A stretch of DNA of 64,000 bases from the NCBI GenBank assembly GCA_900770295.1, contig CAAGJQ010000089.1, positions 31,668 to 95,667 of the forward strand. The letters are read 5' to 3'. The translations under genes and the position numbers were made by a program. This DNA comes from an uncultured Oscillibacter sp. GTDB taxonomy: Bacteria; Bacillota; Clostridia; Oscillospirales; Oscillospiraceae. Shown here in pieces: positions 37,128 through 46,758 of this stretch. The first letter of the stretch is position 1; the number at the start of each line of letters is the position of its first letter. The notes under the pieces were generated by a model that saw only the letters and a list, made by a program, of their open reading frames with translations, did not search any database and was not told the DNA's origin.

Positions 37128-37297
37128 GTCCTCTCCCCCCTTCGGTTCAAAAATTTAGACCAGTATAACACAGTTTTTCCCCTGCGGCACATTGGGAAAG
37201 AAAATCGAGCAGGTTTTCTTTTAAGTACATTTTTCGCATATTTTTTGAGATTTCTGTCTGTTTTTTCCGTATACCTTCATTTGTTCACAAATTTTTA

Positions 37298-37339
37298 ACT
37301 GACACTTCCATTTACTTTTTAGAGTTGTCAGTATATAAT
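37298..37339 (+). promoter_or_regulatory. promoter with a bipartite BusR-like operator
   Basis: ACTGACA-N21-TGTCAGT (37298-37332) straddles the -35 of TTTACT-17-TATAAT (37311-37339). Confidence 0.6.
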
Positions 37340-37373
37340 AGTGACATTCCGGATTTGAAATCAGGTGGCATCG

Positions 37374-38009
37374 ATGAAGCAAACTGTTGTCCCCGCTCAA
37401 TATCTGCAAATCGCATTGGACCTGGCCCGCCGCATCGCCAAGGGCGAACTGCCGGAGGGCAGCCGCATCTACGGGCGATCCGTCATGGCCTCGGAGTACA
37501 GCGTGTCTCCGGAGACCATCCGGCGGGCTCTGCGGCTGCTGGCGGACATGAAGGTAGTGGAGGTGAAGCCCCAGAGCGGAGCCATGGTCCTCTCCGCCGA
37601 CAGCGCCCGGCGCTATATTGAAAACTTTGAGGAAAACTCTGACGTCCACGCCTTGCGCCAACAGCTGAAGGAGTTGATGGCGGAATACGCCGACCTGAGC
37701 CGCCGTCTGTCCGAAACCGTGGCAGCCCTGGTCAAGAGCCGGGACACCTTCGCCGCTGCGGAGGAGCCCCTTCCCAACTATGAGGTCCCTGTCCCCAAGG
37801 ACTCTCCCCTCATCGGGAAAAGCCTTGGGGCGTTGAAATTCTGGCAGTCCACCGGCGCCACCGTCGTGGCGATCCGGCGGAGCCAGACGGTCATTCTGTC
37901 CCCCGGCCCCTACGCGGAGCTGTACGCCGGGGATACGCTCGTTCTGGTCGGCAGTCCCGCCGCCGCGGAAGCTGCCCACCGCCTGGTCGCGACAAAGGAG
38001 GTTTCATGA
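37374..38009 (+). CDS. busR: GntR wHTH + TrkA-C (RCK_C) regulator, BusR-like
   Basis: YLQIALDLARRI..VSPETIRRAL; coiled coil; FWQSTGATVVAIRR..LSPGP; heads an osmolyte ABC operon. Confidence 0.8.
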   Translation: MKQTVVPAQYLQIALDLARRIAKGELPEGSRIYGRSVMASEYSVSPETIRRALRLLADMKVVEVKPQSGAMVLSADSARRYIENFEENSDVHALRQQLKELMAEYADLSRRLSETVAALVKSRDTFAAAEEPLPNYEVPVPKDSPLIGKSLGALKFWQSTGATVVAIRRSQTVILSPGPYAELYAGDTLVLVGSPAAAEAAHRLVATKEVS

Positions 38010-39118
38010 TCCAGTTTGAACACGTCTGCAAAAGCTACGGCAAGACACCCATTCTCAAGGACCTGAACTTCACCATTCCGGACGGTCAGTTCGTGGTCCT
38101 CATCGGCCCCTCGGGCTGTGGCAAAACCACCACGCTGAAAACCATCAACCGCCTCATTGACATTGATTCCGGCACCATCTCCATCGATGGCAAGGATATC
38201 AAATCCACCGACAAGACGGACTTGCGCCGCCACATCGGCTATGTCATCCAGCAGATCGGCCTGTTCCCCAATATGACCGTGGCCCAGAATATCTGCGTGG
38301 TGCCGAAGCTCCTGAAGGCCGACAAGGCCAAATGCGACAGCATCGTGCGCGAAATGCTGAAGCTGGTCAACATGGAGCAGTACGCGGATAAGTATCCCTC
38401 CGAGCTGTCCGGCGGACAGCAGCAGCGCATCGGCGTTCTGCGGGCCCTGGCGGCGTCTCCCCCCATCGTGCTGATGGATGAGCCCTTCAGCGCCCTGGAC
38501 CCCATGACCCGGGAGACGCTCCAGGACGAGGTGAAAAACATCCAGCAGAAGCTCGGCAAGACCGTGATCTTCGTCAGCCATGACATGAGCGAGGCCCTGA
38601 AGCTGGCGGACACCATTATCTTCATGTCAGGTGGCGAGATTGTCCAGATGGCCTCCCCGGAGGAGATGCTGGAGCACCCCGCCAACGACCTGGTGCGGGA
38701 CTTTTTGGGCAAGCACGCGCCGGACGCGCCCACGCCCTCCACGGTGGAGCATTTCATGCGGACGAACATCGTCACCGTCAAAACGGACCGCGGCGTTCTG
38801 GAGTGCGCAGAGCGCATGGCCCGCAGCAGCGTGGACTCCCTGCTGGTCACAGATAACGAGGGCCGGTACGCCGGCACCATCTCCATCGGCGACATCCGCC
38901 GCTACGGCCGGGAGCTGAACAGCATTGAGCCCATGGTCCGCCAGACCGCCCGGACTGCCCGGGTTGGCGACGACGCCAAGGAGAGCTTCGACTATCTGCT
39001 GGACTCCGGCGCCAACTACGTGGTGGTGCTGAACGAGGACGACACCATCGCCGGCATCGTCACCAAGACCAGCGTGGCCCGGTCCGTGGCGGAGAACCTG
39101 TGGGGGGCCGGGTCATGA
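38006..39118 (+). CDS. osmoprotectant ABC transporter ATPase with CBS domains
   Basis: GPSGCGKTT, IGYVIQQIGLFP, LSGGQQQR, MDEPFSALDP. Confidence 0.93.
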   Translation: MIQFEHVCKSYGKTPILKDLNFTIPDGQFVVLIGPSGCGKTTTLKTINRLIDIDSGTISIDGKDIKSTDKTDLRRHIGYVIQQIGLFPNMTVAQNICVVPKLLKADKAKCDSIVREMLKLVNMEQYADKYPSELSGGQQQRIGVLRALAASPPIVLMDEPFSALDPMTRETLQDEVKNIQQKLGKTVIFVSHDMSEALKLADTIIFMSGGEIVQMASPEEMLEHPANDLVRDFLGKHAPDAPTPSTVEHFMRTNIVTVKTDRGVLECAERMARSSVDSLLVTDNEGRYAGTISIGDIRRYGRELNSIEPMVRQTARTARVGDDAKESFDYLLDSGANYVVVLNEDDTIAGIVTKTSVARSVAENLWGAGS

Positions 39119-39756
39119 GGGCGCTGTTTGATACTTACGGTGCCATGCTGGCAAAGGCCATCGTCATTCATACGGGGTATGTGCTGGTCTCCGTGGCCAT
39201 CGGCTTTGTGCTGGGACTGGTGCTGGGCATCCTGCTGTCCCGGATTCCCAAGTGGTCGGGCGTCATCCTGCCCGTCGTCTCCGTGTTCCAGACCATCCCC
39301 GGCCTGGTGTTCATCGGCCTTCTGTTTTTGTGCCTGGGCATGGTCCCCGCCACGGTCATCATCGCCCTGGCCATCTACGCCATGTTTCCGGTGCTGAAAA
39401 ACACATATACCGGTATTCTGGGCGTAGAGGACCAGTATGTGGAGGCCGCCAGGGGTTGCGGCATGTCTCCCTTCCAGACGCTCATGAAAGTAGAGCTGCC
39501 CCTGGCCATGCCCACCATCATCGCGGGTCTCCGGATGGCGGCGGTGTATACCGTCTCCTGGGCGGTGCTGGCCGCCATGATCGGCCTGGGCGGTCTTGGC
39601 GACTTCGTGTACCAGGGCACCTCCTCCAACAACAACACCCTGATCCTGCTGGGCGCCATCCCGGCGGCCATCCTGGCCATTGTCATCGGCGCCGTCATTG
39701 ACCTGCTCCAAAAGAAGGTCACGCCCCGCGGCCTGCGGAAGGAGGTGGGCAGATGA
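39115..39756 (+). CDS. osmoprotectant ABC permease
   Basis: QTIP, EAARGCGM, IGLGGLG. Confidence 0.92.
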   Translation: MRALFDTYGAMLAKAIVIHTGYVLVSVAIGFVLGLVLGILLSRIPKWSGVILPVVSVFQTIPGLVFIGLLFLCLGMVPATVIIALAIYAMFPVLKNTYTGILGVEDQYVEAARGCGMSPFQTLMKVELPLAMPTIIAGLRMAAVYTVSWAVLAAMIGLGGLGDFVYQGTSSNNNTLILLGAIPAAILAIVIGAVIDLLQKKVTPRGLRKEVGR

Positions 39757-41273
39757 CCTGGTCCCTGATCTGTGAGCACCTGTTCATTGTGCTGGCCGCC
39801 AGCATCCTGTCCATCTGCATCGGCCTGCCGCTGGGCATCCTGTCCTACGTCTATCCCAAGGCCCGGGCGGTCATCCTGCGGGTGGTGGACCTGCTGCAGA
39901 CCATCCCCTCCCTGGCGCTGCTGGGCATCATCATGGTCTTTCTCGGCGCCGGCAAAATCACTGTTATCATCGGCATCACCCTGTACTCCCTCCTCCCCAT
40001 CGTGCGGAACACCTGCCTGGGCCTCCAGGAGGTGGACCCCGGCGTCAAGGAGGCGGCCCGGGGCATGGGCATGAGCAAGCCCTACCGGGTGCTGATGGTG
40101 GAATTCCCCCTGGCCTTCCCCACGGTGTTCACCGGCATCCGCATTGCCGTGGTCAATGCCATCGGCACCGCCGTGTTCGCTGCCTTCGTGGGCGGCGGCG
40201 GTCTGGGCGGCATCATCAACCGGGGCATCCGCATCCAGGATATGACGCTCATTCTCTCCGGCACCGGGGCGCTGATGGTCATTGCCATCCTTCTGGACCT
40301 GCTGATGGGCTGGTTTGAAAAGCAGATGCGCAAGTCCCGGGGCGGCTCCAGGACCATGTGGGTCCCCGTGGCGGCCATCCTGCTGGCCTTCGTCCTGCTG
40401 CTCCCCTATGGCATAGGCAAGGGCGGCGGTGAAAATGAGCTGATGCTCTACGACGGCGATTACTCCGAGACCCAGATCATGCACCACATGGTGAAAATGC
40501 TGGTGGAGGACAAGACGGACCTGACCGTCACCATCCAGGACCAGATGTCCCAGGTGAACAACTTCAAGTCCCTCATCGGAGACAACCACACCTGCGATCT
40601 GATGATCTCCTATGACGGCACTCTGCTGACAACGTTTTTGCAGTTGGACACCGCCGACGTGCCGGAGGGCACTTCGATCTACGACTACGCCAATCAGGTG
40701 GCGGGAGAGCGGCATGATATCCGCCTGCTGGAAAAGCTGGGCTTTGACAACACCTACGCCATCGCGGTGACCCAGGAAGTAGCCGACCGGTACGGCCTGG
40801 AGACCATCAGCGATCTGGTCCCCGTGGCGGACCAGCTGGTGTTCGGCGCGGAACATGAGTTCTTCACCCAGGAGGGCAGCATGAAATTCGGCCCCTTCAC
40901 CGCGTTCTACGGGCTGGATTTCAAGGACGTGGTCTCTGTGGACGTCAGTCTGAAATACGCCGCCGCGGAGAAAGGCAGCTTCGACGTCACCGAGGTCTAC
41001 GCCACGGACGGATTGAACCGCAAGGCGGGCCTCAAGGTACTGGAGGACGGTCTGAGCTTCTTCCCCGACTACAACGGCGCGCTCCTGGTCCGGGAGGACA
41101 CCTTTGAGCGGTTTGCCGACACGGCCCCCAATCTGGAGGAGGTCCTGAACCTTCTGGCGGGCCAGATCTCCAATGACGATATGGTGGAGATGACCTATCA
41201 GGTGGACGTTCTGGGCCGGACCGTGGACGATGTGGCCCGGGAGTTCCTGGTGAGCCGGGGATTGCTGGCATAA
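39753..41273 (+). CDS. osmoprotectant ABC permease fused to a substrate-binding domain
   Basis: QTIPSLALL, EAARGMGM; GFDNTYAIAV, YATDG, FFPDY. Confidence 0.92.
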   Translation: MTWSLICEHLFIVLAASILSICIGLPLGILSYVYPKARAVILRVVDLLQTIPSLALLGIIMVFLGAGKITVIIGITLYSLLPIVRNTCLGLQEVDPGVKEAARGMGMSKPYRVLMVEFPLAFPTVFTGIRIAVVNAIGTAVFAAFVGGGGLGGIINRGIRIQDMTLILSGTGALMVIAILLDLLMGWFEKQMRKSRGGSRTMWVPVAAILLAFVLLLPYGIGKGGGENELMLYDGDYSETQIMHHMVKMLVEDKTDLTVTIQDQMSQVNNFKSLIGDNHTCDLMISYDGTLLTTFLQLDTADVPEGTSIYDYANQVAGERHDIRLLEKLGFDNTYAIAVTQEVADRYGLETISDLVPVADQLVFGAEHEFFTQEGSMKFGPFTAFYGLDFKDVVSVDVSLKYAAAEKGSFDVTEVYATDGLNRKAGLKVLEDGLSFFPDYNGALLVREDTFERFADTAPNLEEVLNLLAGQISNDDMVEMTYQVDVLGRTVDDVAREFLVSRGLLA

Positions 41274-41280
41274 AAGATAA

Positions 41281-41481
41281 AAGTTTCGCCCGCCTCTCAT
41301 GCCCCGAAGGGGTATTTCAAAGGCGGCATCCCGGGGCCCCGCCGGAACTCAGCAAAGCGGTTCCGGTGGGGTGAGGAAGAACACACGGAGCGATGCGGGG
41401 AATGGCCGACAGGCCGTTCCGAGCACAGCGGAGTCTGTTCTGACGAGGGGCAGAGCCCCTGCCGGGTCCGGGCGGAGCCCG
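41281..41481 (+). repeat. nested palindromic repeat cluster containing a 114-nt structured module (41333-41446)
   Basis: Hairpins CCGCCT/AGGCGG, ATGCCCC-GAA-GGGGTAT, GGGGC-AGA-GCCCC and CGGGC-GGA-GCCCG; inner module is homologous to 8193-8306. Confidence 0.8.
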
Positions 41482-41486
41482 AAAGG

Positions 41487-41517
41487 ATTCCGGGGGAACC
41501 TTCCCCCGGAATTTTTT
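41487..41517 (+). terminator. terminator of the osmolyte operon
   Basis: ATTCCGGGGGAA/TTCCCCCGGAAT followed by a T tract. Confidence 0.8.
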
Positions 41518-41526
41518 GTTCCTCGA

Positions 41527-41554
41527 TGAAACCTGCCGCAGCTTTTATCGTCTA
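41527..41554 (+). promoter_or_regulatory. ECF sigma-type promoter
   Basis: TGAAAC-16-CGTCTA upstream of an ECF sigma gene. Confidence 0.7.
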
Positions 41555-41685
41555 TATAGGTATAGGAGGGGTGTCTCCATGAAGCGCGGAAGCACCGTCT
41601 TTGCCGGCGGACGGCGCGTCCTGCTCCCTCCCTCATCATCGCCGGAACCGGCCGGCAAAATCAATCATACAAAGGAGGCGAGACC

Positions 41686-42243
41686 TTGGAGGACAGTGAC
41701 ATCATCGACCTGTACTGGCGGCGGGACCAGCGGGCCATCGACGAGACGGCGGACAAATACGGTGATTTTCTGTGGGGCATCTCCTGGAACATCCTCCGCA
41801 GCCACGGCGACGCGGAGGAGTGCGTCAACGACACCTATCTGAAAACCTGGAACGCCATTCCCCCCGCCAAGCCCGCGCTGTTCCGCCCATGGCTGGGCCG
41901 CATTATCCGGAACCTCTCCCTGGACCGCTGGAAAAAATCCCACACCCAAAAACGGGGTGACGGCATTGAGGTCCTGCTGGGCGAGCTGGACGACTGCGTC
42001 CCCGCTCCCCACAGTACGGAAAAAGTGCTGGAGGACCAGGAGATCGCGGCTCTCATCAGTACATTCCTGCGAAATCTGCCGTCAGAGAGCCGCCGCCTGT
42101 TCCTGCGGCGGTACTGGTACGGCGAGGCCGTGGCGGATATCGCCAAGGACTGGAATTGCACCGAAGGCAAGGTCAAGTCCTCCCTGTTCCGCACCCGGAA
42201 AGCCCTGCGGGCATACTTGAAGAAGGAGGGTGTCATGCTATGA
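41686..42243 (+). CDS. ECF RNA polymerase sigma factor
   Basis: DAEECVNDTYLKTW, WLGRIIRNLSLD, VKSSLFRTRK; TTG start with AAGGAGG RBS. Confidence 0.92.
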   Translation: MEDSDIIDLYWRRDQRAIDETADKYGDFLWGISWNILRSHGDAEECVNDTYLKTWNAIPPAKPALFRPWLGRIIRNLSLDRWKKSHTQKRGDGIEVLLGELDDCVPAPHSTEKVLEDQEIAALISTFLRNLPSESRRLFLRRYWYGEAVADIAKDWNCTEGKVKSSLFRTRKALRAYLKKEGVML

Positions 42244-43829
42244 AGGGAGAGCGGCTGTTCCGCATTTTGGGTCTGATCGACGCAGACCTCATTGAGGAGG
42301 CGGGGACCGCCTCCTCCCCCGCCGCTGTCCAGCGGCGGCACACCGTCCGGCGCCGCTGGCTGGCCGCCGCCGCGTGCGTGGCCCTGGCCGTGACCCTGAC
42401 CTGGTCCACGGGCCTCTTTTCCCGGCTGGGCGCCTCCATGACCAGTGGAAGCACGGCGGAGAGCGGCGGCAGCGGCATCGCCCATGACAATGAGCCGCTC
42501 CATGTGGACGGCACCGCCTTCATGTCCTACGCCGGGCCGGTGTTTCCCCTGACGCTGGCGGAGAAAACGGAAGGTCTGACGGCGGAGCGGCATACCACCT
42601 GGGATTTCACCGCCGGGACCTATGCAGACGGCTCCTCCCGCCAATGGGGCGCCGCGGTGACAGATTCCTATGTGCTGGTCAACCACACCACGGGAGAGAT
42701 CACCGCCGTGGCCTACTATCCCTTCGCCGGGTCCTTCACGGAGCTGGCATCGCAGCGCCCCGCTGTGACGGTAGACGGTGAGGAGACGGAAGCCGCTCTG
42801 TACGCTGGGTCCTATGCCGGCGGATTCCGGAACGCCGGGGTGGACGATGGCTCCACCTGGAACCTGGAGTATCCGGACAGCTGGACGGACTACAAGGCCC
42901 TGTTGGAGAACGGCGGATATCTGGAATCCGCGCTGGGAGACGCCCCGGTGCTGGATATCCCGGTGACGGTGTACGAGTTCACGGACTTTGAGGCGCCTCA
43001 CGAGGAATACGACGCCGCCACCCAGGCCATCGAATTCACCATCGACCCGGAGGAGACCAACATCCTCACCTATGGCTTCAACGGCGCCAGCTGGGATGAA
43101 ACCACCGGCTGGCGGCAATACAGCTATTTCGTGCCCAACGGCCAGCGGCGGGACACGGTCCCCAAGCTGCTGGTGGTTCTGGGAGAGGACATCGGGGACT
43201 ACACCCTCCAGGGCTACGAGGACGGCGGCTGTGACCGGGGTGAGGAGCTGGAGGGCGTCAGCTGCACCGTCACCCGGCGGGAGACCACACTGGACGAGGT
43301 GCTGGACGAACTGTGTCAGAACTATCTGGAGACCTATGCGGACTGGCAGTACGGCATGACCGGCAGCGAAGCAGCGGCGGTGCCCTACGCCCTGTTCCGA
43401 CGGGCCGTCAATGAACTGCTGACCCAGTACGGCCCCCTGGCTGGAGACGGCACCACAGACCGCTACGCCGACGGGCGGCTGGACAGCATCATCAGCGAGG
43501 CCATGAGCCAGCGGCGGGTGCTGTACCTGGCGGTGCCGGTAACGGTCCCGGCCGGCGGTGAAATCAGCATCACCTTTGCACTGTGGAAGGAGCCCAGCTT
43601 CGACTACGGCTGTTCCGGGTCCCAGAATGTAGGCCTCCAGGGCTACGACTTCGTGACCCGGTTGGGTTCCACACTGGATTTCACCTCCCAGACCGCGGCT
43701 CTTGCAAATACGGACAACATCGAGATCGCCGGCCAGAATTTCGGCTTTGACCCGGAAAACGGCGTCACTGTGGTAACGCTGGACCCGGCGCAGGAACACT
43801 ATTATCTGGAAATCAGGCCCAAGACGTGA
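42240..43829 (+). CDS. putative anti-sigma factor with a large extracytoplasmic domain
   Basis: IDADLIEEA N-terminus, WLAAAAC TM segment; ATGA overlap with the sigma gene. Confidence 0.75.
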   Translation: MKGERLFRILGLIDADLIEEAGTASSPAAVQRRHTVRRRWLAAAACVALAVTLTWSTGLFSRLGASMTSGSTAESGGSGIAHDNEPLHVDGTAFMSYAGPVFPLTLAEKTEGLTAERHTTWDFTAGTYADGSSRQWGAAVTDSYVLVNHTTGEITAVAYYPFAGSFTELASQRPAVTVDGEETEAALYAGSYAGGFRNAGVDDGSTWNLEYPDSWTDYKALLENGGYLESALGDAPVLDIPVTVYEFTDFEAPHEEYDAATQAIEFTIDPEETNILTYGFNGASWDETTGWRQYSYFVPNGQRRDTVPKLLVVLGEDIGDYTLQGYEDGGCDRGEELEGVSCTVTRRETTLDEVLDELCQNYLETYADWQYGMTGSEAAAVPYALFRRAVNELLTQYGPLAGDGTTDRYADGRLDSIISEAMSQRRVLYLAVPVTVPAGGEISITFALWKEPSFDYGCSGSQNVGLQGYDFVTRLGSTLDFTSQTAALANTDNIEIAGQNFGFDPENGVTVVTLDPAQEHYYLEIRPKT

Positions 43830-43841
43830 GAAAAGCGGGAC

Positions 43842-44378
43842 TCAATGTCCCGCTTTTTTCTCTGCAATCATCCGCCCGGCTTTTTCCACGATCTTGGCCC
43901 CCGCCCAGCCCACGGCGGCTCCCAGCAGAGCGCCACCCAGCACATCACTGGGCCAGTGGACATAGAGATACAGCCGGGAAAAGGCGATCACAAGCGCCAC
44001 AGCCAGCGCCGGCTTCCACAGGGGACTTCCGGCGGTCTTTAGTGCGAACACCGCCGCGAAGGAGGCGGCCGTATGGCCCGAGGGAAACGAGGCGTCCAGC
44101 GGTGGTGTGACCAGCAGTTCCACCGCCGTGTTCACGGCAAAGGGCCGGACGCGCCCCACCAGCGGCTTGAGCAGCAGGTTGCAGCTGACAAGGTCCAGGA
44201 TCAGCCCGCAGGCCACAGCAAGGCCGTACCGCCTCTGCCGCCGGATCAACAGCAGGACCGCCGCCAGCGCGATCCAGATCTCGCCGTGGTTGCAGGTCCA
44301 GCTGACAGCCGGCAGCACAGCGTCCAGAAATCCGCAGCGCAGATGCGCCTGTATCCAGTCCAGAATCGCAAGTTCCAT
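43842..44378 (-). CDS. PAP2-family phosphatase
   Basis: KPLVGRVRP, SFPSGH, SRLYLYVHWPSDV. Confidence 0.92.
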   Translation of the reverse strand: MELAILDWIQAHLRCGFLDAVLPAVSWTCNHGEIWIALAAVLLLIRRQRRYGLAVACGLILDLVSCNLLLKPLVGRVRPFAVNTAVELLVTPPLDASFPSGHTAASFAAVFALKTAGSPLWKPALAVALVIAFSRLYLYVHWPSDVLGGALLGAAVGWAGAKIVEKAGRMIAEKKAGH

Positions 44379-44506
44379 CGTACAGATATCCCCCTTTCCG
44401 GAGATCAGAGTGAATAATATGACAACTATATCACAGGCATTCCCGCTTTTAAATGTTTTTTCTTCGACAGGTTGTACAAATTTTCCAAAAAGTGCAGGAA
44501 ATCCTG

Positions 44507-44535
44507 TTGACAGCACCTGCATACAGTGATAGGAT
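44507..44535 (+). promoter_or_regulatory. sigma-A promoter of the riboswitch leader
   Basis: TTGACA-17-TAGGAT with a TG extension. Confidence 0.7.
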
Positions 44536-44556
44536 ACCTTCAAAATTGAATCGCTC

Positions 44557-44720
44557 AGATAGAGGCGCGATTTTCATCAGTACCGTTCCGGCAAGGGCAG
44601 GCAGCCGCCGGGCAGGAAAGGGGACATCGCCGAAGCCGCGGAAAGCTGCCTGGCTTTTCGCCGCTGGGCCGCCAGAGAACATCTGCCGGACTGTCACAAT
44701 ACCTTTGTGAAGCGCTATCA
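44557..44720 (+). ncRNA. lysine riboswitch (L-box)
   Basis: GATAG-AGGCGC...AGTA...GAAAGG...GCCGAA...CTGGG...GAA...ACTGTC...AGCG-CTATC in canonical order, upstream of an amino-acid ABC. Confidence 0.9.
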
Positions 44721-44763
44721 ATGGCTGTCGGACCGTCTCTTCAGACGCTCTTCCGGATTTCCA

Positions 44764-44793
44764 TGGACCGCTTGACAAAGCGGTCCAATTTTT
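44764..44793 (+). terminator. riboswitch expression-platform terminator
   Basis: TGGACCGCTT/AAGCGGTCCA followed by ATTTTT, upstream of the start codon. Confidence 0.75.
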
Positions 44794-44850
44794 GTCCCCC
44801 GATGTGGAATCGGAAGCATCGGAACACTATTTTTGGAAAGGTCGATCACA

Positions 44851-45771
44851 ATGAAGAAGTTTCTGTCCCTGCTGATGGCTCTCGCCATGACGCTGTCCCT
44901 GGCCGCCTGCGGCGGCTCCAAGGAGGAAGCTCCCGCCGAAACCACTGAGACCCCCGCTGAAACCGAGGCGCCCGCCGAGACCAGCTCCGTTCCCTCCGGC
45001 GTGGAGGACGGTGTCCTGACCATCGCCATGGAGTGCGCCTACGCCCCCTACAACTGGACCCAGAGCGACGACTCCAACGGCGCCGTGCCCATCTCCAACG
45101 TCCCCGGCTCCTATGCCAACGGCTATGACGTCATGATCGCAAAGCAGATTTGCGAGGCCAACGGCTGGGAGCTGGAAGTCATCCAGTCCGACTGGGACTC
45201 CCTGGTCCCCGGCGTCCAGACCGGCACCTTTGACGCCGTCATCGCCGGTCAGTCCATGACCGCCGAGCGCTCCGAGCAGGTGGATTTCGCCGGCCCCTAC
45301 TTCTACGCCACCATCGTCTGCGTCACCAAGGCCGACAGCGAGTTCGCCAATGCCACCTCCATCGCCGACCTGGCCGGCGGCACCTGCACCGCGCAGATCG
45401 CCACCATCTGGTACGACCAGTGCCTGCCCCAGATCGAGGGCGCCCAGATCCAGACCGCCTCTGAGACCGCTCCCGCCATGCTGATGGCTCTGGAGACCGA
45501 CACCGTGGACTTCATCTGCACCGATATGCCCACCGCCCAGGGCGCCGTGGCCGCCTATCCCGACATGAAGATCCTGGACTTCTCCGGCACCGACGGCGAC
45601 TTCCAGTTCTCCGATGAGGTCCGCGCTGAAAACGTCAACATCGGTGTCTCCCTGATGAAGGGCAACACCGTGCTGAAGGAAGCCATCGACAGCGTTCTGT
45701 CCACCATGACTGTGGATGACTTCAACTCCCTGATGGAGGAGGCCATCTCCATCCAGCCCCTGAGCGAGTAA
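44851..45771 (+). CDS. polar amino-acid ABC substrate-binding lipoprotein (probably lysine)
   Basis: LAAC lipobox, MECAYAPYNW, GYDV, IAGQSMTAER. Confidence 0.9.
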   Translation: MKKFLSLLMALAMTLSLAACGGSKEEAPAETTETPAETEAPAETSSVPSGVEDGVLTIAMECAYAPYNWTQSDDSNGAVPISNVPGSYANGYDVMIAKQICEANGWELEVIQSDWDSLVPGVQTGTFDAVIAGQSMTAERSEQVDFAGPYFYATIVCVTKADSEFANATSIADLAGGTCTAQIATIWYDQCLPQIEGAQIQTASETAPAMLMALETDTVDFICTDMPTAQGAVAAYPDMKILDFSGTDGDFQFSDEVRAENVNIGVSLMKGNTVLKEAIDSVLSTMTVDDFNSLMEEAISIQPLSE

Positions 45772-45875
45772 TCCTGACCCCCGCATGATTTTACCCCAAG
45801 GCGAGAGGACTCTGTCCTCTCGCCTTACCCCCTCTTTTACACGTTTACGATTCCATACAGAAGGGAGTCCTCTCC

Positions 45876-46757
45876 ATGGATAAATTCGTCCAGCTGGCGG
45901 CCGACATCGGCAAGCTGTGGGGCAAATACGGCGCCTCCTACGTCACCGGCATGCGGAACACCCTGGTCCTGGCGCTGGTGGCCACCGTCATCGGCTGCCT
46001 GATCGGTTTCGTCTGCGGTGTTCTGAACACCATTCCCTGCGCCAAGAACGATCCCCCTGTCAAGCGCTTCTTCCTGGGGCTGATCCGCGTCATCGTCCGG
46101 ATCTATGTGGAGGTGTTCCGCGGTACTCCCATGGTGCTGCAGGCGGTGTTCGTGTACTACGGCCTTCCCTATTTCACGGACAACGCCGTGAAGTTCACCA
46201 ACATCTGGGCCGCCGCCATCCTGGTGGTCTCCATCAACACCGGCGCCTACATGGCGGAGTCCGTTCGGGGCGGCATCATCTCCATCGACCCCGGCCAGAC
46301 CGAGGGCGCCAAGGCCATCGGCATGACCCACGTCCAGACCATGACCAGCGTCATCCTGCCCCAGGCCCTGCGGAATATCATGCCCCAGATCGGCAACAAC
46401 TTCATCATCAACGTGAAGGACACCTCCGTCATGTTCATTATCGGTTTCCCTGATTTCTTCTCCGCTCACCGGGCCGCCGTGGGCGCCAGCTATCTCTATT
46501 TCCCCTCCGCCACCGTGGAGATGGTGGGCTATCTGACCATGACTCTGATTGCCTCCTTCCTGTTGCGCTGGGTAGAAAAGAAGCTGGACGGCGACAGCAG
46601 CTATGAACTGGTCCAGGAGGATCAGCTGACCATGACAGCCGGCACCTACAACCATCCCGGCAAGGGCAGTCCCTTCGATGAGCAGAGCAAGGAATACCGG
46701 GATAACCTGAAGGAATCCATGAAGAACCGGAACTTCAGTGCGAGAGGAGATCGTTGA
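45876..46757 (+). CDS. amino-acid ABC permease
   Basis: [32 protein letters not shown]. Confidence 0.92.
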   Translation: MDKFVQLAADIGKLWGKYGASYVTGMRNTLVLALVATVIGCLIGFVCGVLNTIPCAKNDPPVKRFFLGLIRVIVRIYVEVFRGTPMVLQAVFVYYGLPYFTDNAVKFTNIWAAAILVVSINTGAYMAESVRGGIISIDPGQTEGAKAIGMTHVQTMTSVILPQALRNIMPQIGNNFIINVKDTSVMFIIGFPDFFSAHRAAVGASYLYFPSATVEMVGYLTMTLIASFLLRWVEKKLDGDSSYELVQEDQLTMTAGTYNHPGKGSPFDEQSKEYRDNLKESMKNRNFSARGDR

Positions 46758-46758
46758 C

